Below are positions 13,832 through 25,790 of a stretch of DNA of 64,000 nucleotides, one piece after another. This stretch comes from Octopus vulgaris (taxonomy: Eukaryota): assembly GCA_951406725.2 (NCBI GenBank), contig OX597817.1, positions 75,578,001 to 75,642,000 on the forward strand. The letters are read 5' to 3'. The notes under the pieces were generated by a model. It saw nothing but the letters and a program-made list of their open reading frames with translations. It did not search any database and had not been told where the DNA came from. A program made the translations under genes and the position numbers. Positions within the stretch are counted from its first letter, which is position 1. Each line of letters opens with the position of its first letter.

Positions 13832-14704
13832 TCTTACTATATATCTCTGTTAAACTTTTAATCAATTTGGATTAGGGGTGTGTGTATTCCTTGTCTTTAT
13901 TGACAAGAATGATCATTAAGATGGTGATGATGGTAAGGGCGACATTCCAGAAGTATTTAGCTGTTATTTCTAGTAGATCCCTTCAACTCATTTGTTGTTT
14001 CTATTCTTGCGTTTATAATTAACTAATTGAAATTTTATTTAGCGGAATATAAGGAATTCATTAGAAATCAGTTGTGTTTAATATCTCAACAAAACAAGAT
14101 TTACTTTCAGTTTAAGATAAAACAAGCAATTGACTTATTACAAAAAGAACATATTAACTGATCTTTTCAAACTAATAACATTACCGTCAAGAATATTTTA
14201 GCAAAACAGACTAATTTTTATGGTAAATTTGGATTCGCATATGACAAATGCACATGTTTATTATGGTACTTAATAATACTCAATTGCATTATGATAAAAA
14301 TATAAAAATAAATATTTGCTTAAGTTATGGAATGCATTAAAAACTTTTTTTGGTCAGAGAAGGAAGACAGCACTTATTTCCTTTTAAGGAGTCTCCGAAA
14401 CTAATGAGAGGAAGGGAATAAGATAGCCTCAGACGGCAAATGGTAGAATCGTTAGAACGTAGGACAGAATGTTTCGTGATGTTTGCTCTTATTGTCTGCG
14501 CTGTGAGTTCAACTCTTGCTGATGTCAACTTTGCATATCATCCTTTCATATGATATGGTTTGCAGAATTTGTTTCTGCGCTTCGAGTTCAAATCCCATTA
14601 TGGTGTATTTGGGCGGTAGATTTAATCAATCAGCCGGTTTAATATCATCATCCGGCACTCTGTGCTAACGATTCCGCCAGCTCGCTGCCTTAAAACTGTA
14701 TAAA

Positions 14705-14858
14705 ATAATCTTTTCTACACTAGGCACAAGGCCCGAAATTTTTGGGGAGGGGGCTAATCGATTAGATCGACCCCAGTACGCAAATGGTACTTAATTTATC
14801 GATCCCGAAAGGATGAAAGGCAAAGTCGACCTCGGCAGAATTTGAACTCAAAACGTAA
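14705..14858 (-). mobile_element. Family-A SINE, tail type 2 (3' part)
   Basis: Same body as family A but with tail CCCCTCCCCAAAAATTTCGGGCCTTGTGCCTAGTGTAGAAAAGATT. More decayed family-A pieces at ~14430-14550, 15500-15990 and 16070-16470. Confidence 0.85.
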
Positions 14859-16016
14859 AGCTGTATAAAATAATAGTTGATGTAAATATTGAGCTGTTGG
14901 TTGACTTATTTCGTCGATCACTCTTCACATTGGAGAGAGAGAGAGAGAGAGAGAGGGAGGGAGAGGGGAAGATAGATAGAGATAGATAGATAGATAGATA
15001 GAGAGAGAGGGAGTAAAATAGAGACACCGAGGAAGATAACAAAAAACGTGTACTATTAGTGTATTATACACAAATGTATATGACACAAATACGTATTTCT
15101 GTAAAATACACATTTTTAATAAAATTTTGCAGAGATAGATTTCTCGATGGAGGAGATTGCAATTATGTTGGTAAAATGTAGGAAACTAATAACATATATT
15201 TATTGCAAATATGCGGATGATAAATTTATTGTTATATTTTTTTAAAGGTAATAAATATTTTTCTTTTAAAAATTAGTATTCATTTCATCATTTTGTATTA
15301 GCGCCAAGAAAATTGATAAAATTTAAATTATAATTATGTATGTGCTGTACGTATGCCATATTTCCTGATATGATCTACGCTGGCAAAAGTATATTTCCAA
15401 AATTACTTGTCACAAGGTGGATGACGCTCTAGTTATATTAATAATTATTAAATTATATTAGTAATTAATTCTAAAAATAGAGACAAGTAGTAATATAGTT
15501 GGCACGCCATACAAAACGCCGATTGGCCTTTCATTCGTCTTCATGTTCTGAGTTCAAATGCTGCCAAGGTAAACTTTGCCTTTCATCCTTTAGGAGTCAA
15601 TAAAATAAGTATCAGGGGAACGCTGGGGTTTAATGTAATCAAATTACCACCCCCTAAAATTGCTGGCCTTGTGTCAAAATTTAAAATTAATATTTTGGAG
15701 AAGAGTAGAGCCGATTCGATTCATTTTAGTACTCCACTCTGCTTACTATATTCTCCTCGTACTTGATTGTTTCTTCATATTTAACAACCTTGGAATAATG
15801 AAAGACACAGTGACTTCTGTGGGGTTTGAACTCAGAAAGTAAAGAGCCGACAGAAATAATGCAAAAATACTTTGCAGTAAAGATTTACGTTCCGATTTCC
15901 AATTCCGCTGAAGTCAACTTTGACATTCATTCCTTCGGGGTCGATGATGTTGACTAATTCCTTCCCCATCAAAACTGGTGGATTTTATCTAAACTAGAAA
16001 CAACAACAACAACAAC

Positions 16017-16068
<52 letters not shown>

Positions 16069-16494
16069 TCTTTCTAAGTTTTGGTACGGGCCCAGGAATT
16101 TTTAATTGGAGGGGGCAAGTCGATTACATCGACTCTAGTACTTGACGGCTAATTCAATTTATTGACTGAAAAAGGAGAAAAGGCGGAGGGGCCTCGGTAG
16201 AATTTGAACTCAAGACAAAAAGAACTGTCACTATGCATTTTATCCAAAGCGCTAACAATTCTGCATTGTCCGCAGCCTTTTAAATAATGGTTTCTCATTT
16301 CAGCACAAATTTGAGGGGAGGAGGTGTTAGTTCAATACTATTGATCTCAGTACTTGACTGGTACTTTATTTTATCGAACTCGGGAAGATGAAAGGCAAAA
16401 CTAAAGTCGCTGGCATTTGAACTCAACGTAGTGAGTCAGAAGAAATAAAACTTGACGTTTTGACCGACGCATCAATGATAATATTTCAGCCCAA

Positions 16495-17010
16495 TCTATT
16501 ATATAAAATCCGTTCTCTCTGTCTGTGTGCGTGTCTTCTAGGATCTCGGGCATCCTCCATCCGATTGCGCTCAAATTTTGATATGTAGATACCTATTTCT
16601 TTACTACCCACAAGGAGCTAAACATAGAGGGGACAAACAAGGACAGACAAACGGATTAAGTCAATTATATCGACCCCAGTGCGTAACTTGTACTTAATTT
16701 ATCGACCCCGAAAGGATGAAAGGCAAAGTCGACCTCGGCGGAATTAGAAGTCGGAACGTAACAGCAAGCGAAATACGGCTACGCATTTCGCCTGGCGTGC
16801 TAACGTTTCTGCCAGCTCGCCGCCTTTTGATATGTAGATACCGACGGTATCAGGGCGTGTATAAGTCTTGAAAAAATTACAAAAATCGATTCCAGGTGAG
16901 AATGCGATCGATAAAGCCGTGGGCACGTGCATTTGTACGCGCAAGTACATCAGCTGTTGTGATCGATACTACGCGTACGTGAGAAAAATGCACGGTGTCT
17001 CAAATTTTGG
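16495..17010 (+). mobile_element. 5' part of a non-autonomous Helitron-like element, interrupted by a SINE
   Basis: A|TCTATTATATAAAATCCG start, followed by CTGTCTGTGTG and CCGATTGCGCTCAAATTTTG, typical of small invertebrate Helitron 5' ends. 3' end not identified. Confidence 0.55.
16594..16824 (-). mobile_element. Full-length family-A SINE with 18-bp TSD
   Basis: Perfect direct repeat TTTTGATATGTAGATACC at 16576-16593 and 16825-16842. Starts GGCGGCGAGCTGGCAGAAACG and ends AAAGAAATA on the minus strand. Confidence 0.95.
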
Positions 17011-17554
17011 TTAAATCAGTGTTTCTCAAAAGGGAGGCCTATGGGACGGTCGGACAAGTTGTTTTGAGAAAATTTGGTTTAGATGCTTGACAACTCAGCA
17101 CCGTCCACTGGACGGGGTGGGAGGCCTTTTGCTCGTAGGGATATAAAACACTAATTTGTGTTGCTTTTTACTTCATGTTAACTGTCAATTCTTGATAAAA
17201 GACATTAGGCCTAAAGTGCTTTTGTAAGAATATAAGCTGATCTAAAGAGGGAACAGTTTTAGAGCAGTCGCATATCTCTAACCTAAATAGGGTTTCTTAG
17301 AACAACACCCGGACACTTTTCAAACTGATCCTTCCAATGTTTGAAAAAAACATAGCAAAAATATCCAAAAGACTATACAATCAATACAAATGCTGGGGGT
17401 TTACAATCTTTGAGCATTTTTCATGCTAACCTCACACATAACAATGTCAGCACTTCGGACATATAAATAAGGTTCTTCAAGGCTAAACATTACTTCGGTA
17501 CTCATTAGATGCTAACTCCTCATCACAATATGTGACCCACACTGGAAAAACGTA

Positions 17555-17777
17555 AAAGTAAAGTTCGTTCTCGAGTCATACAGACTCATAGGGCGGGTTT
17601 CTCGGTTTCCACGGTGAATATGTCTTCCACACCTGATCAGGACGCCGGTCCGTCGCAGGATTACTCACTTTGCCAGCTGAATGGATTGGAGCAACGCCAC
17701 TCCGTCCAGGAATCGAAACCACAATTTTACGATCACGATGCTGACACCCCCCTAACCACGATAGGTCACGGACCTCC
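17555..17777 (-). mobile_element. Decayed family-C-related tRNA SINE
   Basis: Minus strand GGAGG..GTGGTTAGGG..GGTTTCGATTCC head, CCTGCGACGGACCGGCGTCC body and (CTTTA)-type tail. Related to 27655-27872. Confidence 0.65.
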
Positions 17778-17793
17778 AGACACTGGAATACTG

Positions 17794-17872
<79 letters not shown>

Positions 17873-18006
17873 TTCTCTTACTTGTTTCAGTCATTTACTG
17901 CGGTTGCACCGCCTTTAATCGAGCAACTCGACCCCGGACTTATTCTTTGTAAGCCAGTACTTATTCTATCGGTCTCTTTTTTGCCGATATATATATATAT
18001 ATATAT

Positions 18007-18274
18007 CAGAAATATTAAATTTAGGTCTCAAAACGAGGGTGGTGGACGATAGAGTGTAACGTCAACTTAACGTGACACCGTAGGAATCTCACCGCTTGCC
18101 TAGGAGAGAATTCGTCGGTTGACATTTCTGTGTCCTTATATTTGTGAAGGGATATAAGAGCACAGAAAATGTCAGCGGAAGGCGATCTTCCAGGCTAAAC
18201 AGCGTGTGTATCCATACGGACTATTGTTGACAGTATACCCTGCCCTCGTATCTTTGAGACATAAAATATAATAT

Positions 18275-18279
<5 letters not shown>
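18007..18279. repeat. Diverged fold-back (~270 bp) embedded in (TA)n
   Basis: Termini CAGAAATATTA..GTCTCAAA..ACGAGGG / CCCTCGT..TTTGAGAC..TAATATTTCTG, central stem GTTGACATTTCTGTG / CACAGAAAATGTCAGC, (TA)n on both sides. Confidence 0.75.
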
Positions 18280-18324
<45 letters not shown>

Positions 18325-18329
<5 letters not shown>

Positions 18330-19378
18330 ATCCAAACAAGAAACACAAAAAACCCCAAAAAAACACAGCAACGCGAGGACGTGGAACAAATAAAGTATTA
18401 TGACGCTCAGAAAGACGGGAAGAAGGAGGTTTAACGTTTCGGCGGAGCTCCGTCGGAAACATGGAAGGAAGATCCGAGAAGGAAGACAGAGGAAAAAATC
18501 ACTCATATATATACACACACACACACACACACAACACACACAATCAGCAAAGGAAAGAATGTCGTGCAACTAATTGGCTAGTGCTCATTCACCAACATAT
18601 CACAATTTCGATTCGCAGACGTAATTTCTTCTTCTCTTCTTCGTTTACTTCTCCTACAACAATTTTTTCTCCTCTGAACTTTCAAGCTGTATACCGTCTC
18701 TCCCTAAGTTAATTTGATGCACTCGTCTCTCTCTCACATCATGCCCACCAAACACTTTCTCCAATCCTTTCTTCCTCGATCCCCACTTTCTGGAAGTCGA
18801 TGCCGACTTGAATTTTTCCTGAAGGCGTAATCCTACAAAGCTCAACGTTAATGGAATCGATCATTCAACTCTCGGAATTGATTTTTACCAATCTCCGCAA
18901 AGACACAGATATCAATTCTCTCCTCCTCTTTCCAACCCTCAAATTAATAGAAGAAAAGCTTTAATAATACCTCATAGCTATGAAAAGCAAGCTTTTGTAG
19001 GAAATAATGGAGGTTATTCTGTTAATGGGCTGAATAGAGCATTTCGCGGAATTCGTTAAGATATTTGCCTCAAAACAAATTCGATCCTATTCCCCCAGCA
19101 ACTCTGGTAGTAATATCTGCATTAGTTTCGGATTGATCAAAGCAGAGACAAATTTAGTAACAGAAATGGTGTTGCATGTGTGCTTTTATATTACTCTTTT
19201 ACTCGTTTCAGCCATGCGGCCGTGGTCATGCTGGAGCACTACCATATATATATATATATATATATACATATATGTGTGTGTGTATACGTATATACATACA
19301 TACACATCTCAGTCAATGCTTCATGAAATCAATACTACTCTATCTATAAATTTCGAAGTCACTGTCAATGTCAAATTT

Positions 19379-19438
<60 letters not shown>

Positions 19439-19920
19439 ATGAATTTTCCATGACAAATTTTCCATTTCATACTCACTCTGCTACTATATTCGTTATCACA
19501 GAGACCAACATGATAGCAATGATTTTTGCAGAGAAATTTTTATGTACAGTTCTATCTTTATTTAGAAGGTTAATTCGATTTTCGTCGGTGACATTCAATA
19601 TTCCGACTCTCTGGATTTGAATAATTATTGAATATTTTTTCGCACTTCACATATTTCCCGAATTATTTGCCATCATTTTTATGATGAAGTATCTTCTGTT
19701 ATTCTGAAAAAAGTTTTATTTTTTGTGTTATCAATATCTTATTCAGCTTCTGGGCATCCTGAAAAAAATTGTGAGGGATTTTTCTCGATACACTGTATCC
19801 ATTTGATAATGGATTTAACAGGAGTACAAAGATCTACACCGATAAGCTATCACTCTGCAAAATGCCTTTTTGGTAACATACAACATGGAATTTTGTTTGC
19901 TTTCACCTCTGAAGTGTGCG
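18325..19920 (-). mobile_element. Possible highly decayed Penelope-like element ending in a pLTR-like segment at (TA)n
   Basis: Degenerate hammerhead-like motif at 18429-18460 and ..SIISYKS.. (cf. PPIISYKR of PLE ORFs) at ~18990-19015. The 18325-18470 segment resembles 37885-38030 and 38845-38970. Confidence 0.35.
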
Positions 19921-20332
19921 ACGCTATGTGCTAAAACAGAGAAGGCGTAGGACTAGTGAATGGTGTGGTGTGTGAATAGCTAAGAGATGAGCTGCTTATT
20001 TGGTCTGTGTAAGGCGGAGCTACGGATGTAGTTGAAAGAGGTGGTATAAGTTGGAAGTGTGATACAATGTGTTGAAAATGTGGTGCTAAGAGATGTTAGA
20101 GCGGGCACTTTTCACATAATCAGTGGACAGCCAAAAGAAATGTAACTAAATTATTGAATAAAATGAGTAGAAGCAAATGTCAAGGACTTAAGAGATGAGG
20201 TGGAGGAGGGAAAAGAAGAAAAGGAAAGGCATATGTCGTGAGATCAGAGAACTCAAGTGCTCGACAAAGGATCTCTATAAGGATGACAGCCTCGGATCCA
20301 CCATATCAACTTAATAGCTTAATCTCTTACAC

Positions 20333-20410
20333 CAGACATGGGCAACCTTTTTCGAGAAATGGCCCACGCGAGAAATGACTGATCATCAAGCGAGCCGCAC
20401 TACTAAAGAA
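20333..20410 (+). mobile_element. Possible hAT (Charlie-like) terminal fragment
   Basis: CAGACATGGGCAACCTTTTT..GAGCCGCAC resembles Charlie-type TIR/subterminal sequence. Other end not found. Confidence 0.35.
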
Positions 20411-20840
20411 TTCGAGGTACTTTTTCGTTGACGTGCTATTCAGAAAGAACCACAGGCTACAGTTAGCCAATGACTGTTACACACTAACCTTGTTCATTCT
20501 GAAGTAGATCTTACTGCATCTAATACTCAGTTTGTTTCTTAATTGCTTCCACCGTCATTTCCACCTCTGTCCACTACAAGCTCATTGACTCACACTTCTA
20601 TTTCTCCTCACTCAAAACATATACAAAAGTATATCATCCCATTAACTCCGAATTCACTGATTATGCAGCGCCGATTCGGAGGTCTACTCTAAAACTGTGT
20701 ACCCTCGAGCGCTTGTGTATCTGGCTTTAGATACATATAATTACATATACACATATAATTACACACGAATACAAATTCCTGCACATAGTTTGTAGAGCCA
20801 CAATAGGTCAGTAGGTAAAACTTAGAAGTTACTCTTGCTA

Positions 20841-20872
<32 letters not shown>

Positions 20873-21063
20873 GTACGCACACGCACACACACACATAGAC
20901 GCACACACGCATAGGAAAGTAGGAGTTAAAGAAATTCAGACAAATACCTCGGTCAGCTTTCCATACAAAAAAAAAACCTAACAGAATGTCAAGGGAGGTA
21001 AATCAATATCTGTATTAATTTAATCCAGTGGACTTCCAAACAGAAGAAAGAGTGAAGCTGATT

Positions 21064-21390
21064 GTGTTCCATATCTTTATTAAAGGTGTCAATAGTTTCT
21101 ATAGCCAGTGGAGCCATTTCATTCATGCTCACAATGGTGTGTACATTTACGATTTACGTAAATCCAAACCATATTAAACAATTCATGAACAACGTTATCA
21201 CTTCTACATGACCGGACCTGGTAAACCTACCTTATCTTTCACTGGTCTGATGAGGTGGCAAGCGGTAACCATATTCATGAATTAATTATTGTTTGGATTT
21301 TCATAATTTGCATATATATATAGAAACTTATGAAATGGTGCTATTAGCTATGAAAACGATCGACACATTTAATACACGTATGGAATACCA
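21064..21390. repeat. Diverged fold-back (~330 bp) next to (TA)n
   Basis: Paired blocks TTCCATA/TATGGAA, TATTAAAGGTGTC/GACACATTTAATA, CCATTTCAT/ATGAAATGG, AAATCCAAAC/GTTTGGATTT and AATTCATGAA/TTCATGAATT. Confidence 0.7.
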
Positions 21391-21420
21391 CCATCTTGAT
21401 TCTTTCCTGTTTACAGTATA

Positions 21421-21466
<46 letters not shown>

Positions 21467-21481
21467 ATGTGCATATATATT

Positions 21482-21540
<59 letters not shown>

Positions 21541-21930
21541 TCTTTTACTCTTTTACTTGTTTCAGTCATGTGACTGTGGCCATGCTGCAGCACCGAATTG
21601 GCGCTGCATAATCGACCCCAGGACTTATTCTTTTTTTAAGCCTAGTACTTATTCTATCGGTCTCTTTTGCCAAACCGCTAAGTTACGGTGACGTAAACAC
21701 CAGCATCGATTGTCAAGCGATGTTGGGAGGACAAACACAGACACACAAATATATACACACACACACACACATATATACATATATATATATGACGGGCTTC
21801 TTTCAGTTTCCGTCTACCAAATCCACTCACAAGGCTTTGGTCGGCCCGAGGCTATAGTAGAAGACACTTGCCCAAGGTGCTACGCAGTGGGACTGAACCC
21901 GGAACCAGGTGGTTGGTAAGCAAGCTACTT

Positions 21931-23424
21931 TATTTCAAAACATTTGCCATAAAGGCAGTACACAGATTAAGTTAGCTTTGCGGGCTGGACGAGGACATTA
22001 ATGAAGTGAATGATAATGAAAGAAAGATGATAAGGATGGGAGAAGACAAAAGCGCCCGCCGACTTTCGCTTCTCTAAAACATTGTTCTTTTTAAGGATAA
22101 ACACAAAACGAGGTATTAAACCTCTTACAATTTTTCAATTTTTGGACTTAGCAGTCCATTACTAATAATAACAGTTCAATAATTACATATCGTCCTCGAA
22201 GTCGCTTGTGCCCGCGCCCTCCACCATCAACCACGCCTCCCTCAGAACGTAATCAAGTTCCGAGTCAGCGTCGCCCGGGACCAAGTTATAGTCTTCATTG
22301 AGCTCCTTTAGCCCAAGCGTCACGTCGAACGCCACGGCCTCCACAGCTACCTGCGGAGGCCATTCGGGGTCCTGTGTGAAGGCTAAAGGTGCTCCCTTGT
22401 GATGCTCTTCCATCACTTTTTCAATTTCTCCTCCTCTATAGAAGAGGACCAATACGTTCAGTTCTTTCGGTGGCGGCACAGTTCCCGCCAACGGTATTCC
22501 TTCTCTTGTCGGTGGCACAACCCCAACCGACGTAGTTCCGGGACATTCCGGTGCTACACTGACAGTCGGTAATGTCCCGTTTTTCTTCCTCTTTTTCTTT
22601 TTTTTTCCCTTTTCAACTGAGGGAGGGTGCGTCTCCTCCGTGGCTGGAAGATTCGCCTTCCTCTCCTCATCCCTATTATCCTTTGGTGAGCACCCATTGT
22701 TGCTCACCTTCCTCTTTCGGCCTCTGTTTGAGGAGTCCTCTGCTTTCTCGGCCGTTATCATTCCCTCTTCTAGAGGAGTTTTACTTAACTGTTCCGGGAT
22801 CCTATTTTGTTCCCGGGGACAGTTCTTCTTTATGTGGCCGGACTCCAAGCACCGATGACACTTAGGGGGCGACCCTCAAGCATCACCGGGTACCTGCACC
22901 CGGCCATTTTCAAAAAATCTGGAAGAACCAGATTGGCTGATTGGGTCCACAGGGTCAAAATTGCTTTTGACCCAACCCAAGCAGCCGCAGGAAGAACTTT
23001 TACATTAAGGAGCTTAGTTTCGCTGCCACCCAGACCCCGGCGGATAGTCTCCTCTATCCACTCGGGTTCTATGTCGGGTGGCAGACCGCAAATCCAAGCT
23101 TTCATCAATTTCTTTTTTTTGTACGTGGGCAGGAATAAGATTTCCTTACCCTCCAGGGGTTTGCTAGCAAATTTGCAAGCCTCTTCAGGGGTGTCAAATA
23201 GCAACCACACCGTTGCATATTTGACACCCCTGGAAATGAATTTAATTGTTGGCAAATACTCTTCCAACTCCTTTTCAATTGCCGTCTTTTCGAATAGGGC
23301 GATGGTGTCGAGTGCCTTGGAGTAGGTTCTCAACACCACCGTCCTATCTTCACGGTCTTTTAACCACTTTTTAGGCGGTATGATCTCCCATTCCAAAAGT
23401 TTGTTATTTTTCATTGCCATGTTC

Positions 23425-23455
<31 letters not shown>

Positions 23456-24051
23456 TATTCAGAATAAAACTAAAAAACGAGAGGAAAAGGAAATCCGAAG
23501 AAAGTCACAGTGAAAAAGGAGAGAGTCAAATAAAGTTAAAAAGAAAGTCAAATAAAGTTAAAAAGAAAGTCAATAACACAGCAAAAACCTTCTGGCCATT
23601 TGGTACTCCCGGCCTAAATTGAACCAGGAACGCACAACTTCCACAAAACTTGGTGTAAAATTGGTAAAACTTGTTCAAACTTCGGAGGCAAAATACTCCC
23701 CTATATAGCAGTTTTCACAAAAAGTTCTTTACAGCACAATACAATTCTCACAATTACGTGAAAAAAATATTCACTCAATTTATCGAAGACGGATACGCCC
23801 CTCCACTGTTTTTTTTTCAATAAACACAAAAACGGCAGCCGCCGAGAGCAGGCGATATTGTCTCAGAGTTGGACACAACTTACTGAAATAATAATTGGCA
23901 CGCAATAAATTATGCCCAACTCACAATAAACAAAATCACTTACCTCGACAACTTTCCGTTTTTGGTCTTTTTTCTTTAATTGGACGAAGCTGGTTGACTC
24001 GCGTCCACTCTGGCTGAACAGGAAGCAACTGACTAACTGCGCATGTGTGTT
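21931..24051 (-). mobile_element. ORF1-only non-autonomous non-LTR retrotransposon (HAL1-like, L1/Tx1-type), 2121 bp
   Basis: 12-bp TSD AGCAAGCTACTT (21919-21930 and 24052-24063). 5' end near the Inr-like TTAGTCAGTT, ~630-nt 5'UTR, a single gag-like ORF, and a ~250-nt pyrimidine-rich 3'UTR ending TTTGAAATAAA. No RT or endonuclease sequence between the TSDs. Confidence 0.8.
22183..23420 (-). CDS. Non-LTR retrotransposon ORF1-like nucleic-acid-binding protein (~412 aa; two RRM-like regions plus CCHC zinc knuckle), one-base frameshift
   Basis: Track ORFs 22830-23420 and 22183-22848 join if one C is added to the C5 run (G5 at 22865-22869 on +). This gives LEGRPPKCHRCLESGHIKKNCP (CX2CX4HX4C). Upstream WICGLPPDIEPEWIEETI resembles Tx1/L1 ORF1 RRM motifs. 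No other disablement seen. Confidence 0.8.
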
Positions 24052-25144
24052 AGCAAGCTACTTACCACACAGCCACTCCTACGCATATATATGTCTCAAA
24101 TGAAGACTATTTTCAGAGCCAACGAAGAATATCACTTTATAAAGAGATTTGCTATAAACGATTTTATGTGACAGAATAAAAATCAAGCTTTCGGCATTAC
24201 ATATGTACATACGTATGTATGTATGTATGTATGTATGTATGTATGTATGTATGTATGTATGTATGTATGTATGTGTGGAAATATGTATATGCGCGCACAC
24301 ACCTGCGCACGCATATGCCTATATATGTATATATACATATATACATGCATGCGTATACATACCTGCTATTTCATTTAACATAGATGAAAGATAGCCTCAA
24401 AAAAGGGCATGATTGTACGATAAGCTCATTTTCCTCTTTTCTATCAACTTATTTTCTAATCTATTTTTTTTTATTTCTGAAAGCTATTTTGTATGATATT
24501 ATGAATCTATGTACACTTCAAAGTCTCAAGTATAGTTATTTCACTTCATTTATATCCCCAAACTCACTCAGTCCAATAACTCTGAAGACATGTACCTTCT
24601 GCTTCACTAACAAATCAATAGTCAAATTCGCTTCGCTACTTCTTTCTATGCAAAACAATCTAATGTTATTTGCCTATGGAAACAACAACAACAGCAACAA
24701 CAACAAACGAAGAAACTACAAAATAAATAATGGAGTAAAAAACGAAAAACGAAAATAGATGACGAAAAATGAAAAACCTGAAAAATACCCGCAAAAAATA
24801 ACAAACGGCATTACTGAAGCTTTATTGATTGTGTCTATGAAGACCATTGGCATTATAATTGTATTGTGTCCAATATGTCCGAAGGAAGGGAAACAAAACA
24901 AGAAAAATATTGTAAACAAACAGTCAAATTAACAAACAAATAACATACATGTCATGTGTTTTCGGAATGATGTGTGATGTGAATCTTGTTAATGTTAAAC
25001 ACAGTACACGATAATAATGTAGACAACAGCTTCGATGGATGAATTTGTAACGTATAAACACGATCGGCTATTTAGACGAATGAAGTTGACGAACAAGCTG
25101 TCTCTGGGGTTCTTGGTACTCTTTAATAGTGTCTTTCTTTAATA

Positions 25145-25146
25145 GG

Positions 25147-25229
<83 letters not shown>

Positions 25230-25230
25230 T
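25145..25230. repeat. (CTTT)n microsatellite
   Basis: Seen directly. Confidence 0.95.
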
Positions 25231-25259
25231 TCCTCTCTATCTCCATCTCTCTCTTTTTT

Positions 25260-25690
25260 ATGCTTTACTTGTTTCAGTCATTAGACTGCAGCCATGCCAG
25301 GGCACCACCTTCAAGAGTTTTTAGTCGAATGAATCGACCCCCAGTAATTTTTGGACGAACCGCTAAGTTACGGGGACGTAAACACATCAACACCAGTTGT
25401 CAAGCGGTAGTGGAGGACAGACACATACACTAAAACACGCATACACTCACATAAAGACACACAGACACATAGACACTGACACAGACTCACAGACACACAC
25501 ACATACACCCACACACCCACACATATATATATACATATACAACGGGGTTCTTACAGTTTCCGTCTACCAAATCTATTCACAAGGCTTTGGTTGGCTCCAG
25601 GCTATAGCAGAAGACACTTGCCCAAGTTGCCACGCAGTGGGACTGAACCCGGAACCATGTGGTTGGGAAACAATCTTCTTACCACACAGT
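25260..25690 (-). mobile_element. Family-B SINE
   Basis: Matches the family-B consensus from the tail (ttacttgtttcagtc) to the head (cttaccacacagtca). Confidence 0.85.
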
Positions 25691-25790
25691 CACATACACA
25701 CACACACATACATACATACATACATACATACATACATACATACATACATAGATACATACATACATACATACATACATACATACATACATA

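Larger units (their letters stand above)
21539..24084 (-). mobile_element. Full-length family-B SINE split by a 2.1-kb insertion (pieces 24052-24084 and 21539-21930)
   Basis: Head GCGTAGGAGTGGCTGTGTGGTAAGTAGCTTGCT lies at 24052-24084. The rest resumes at 21930 and ends in the GTAAAAGAGTAAAAGAG tail. Confidence 0.92.

Noticed and set aside
17017-17075. Tiny hAT-like remnant (CAGTGTTTCTCAAA..TTTGAGAAA)
   Set aside because: Too short and the putative 8-bp TSD is imperfect.
22572-23325. Plus-strand ORFs of 72-172 aa
   Set aside because: Antisense shadows of the minus-strand ORF1.
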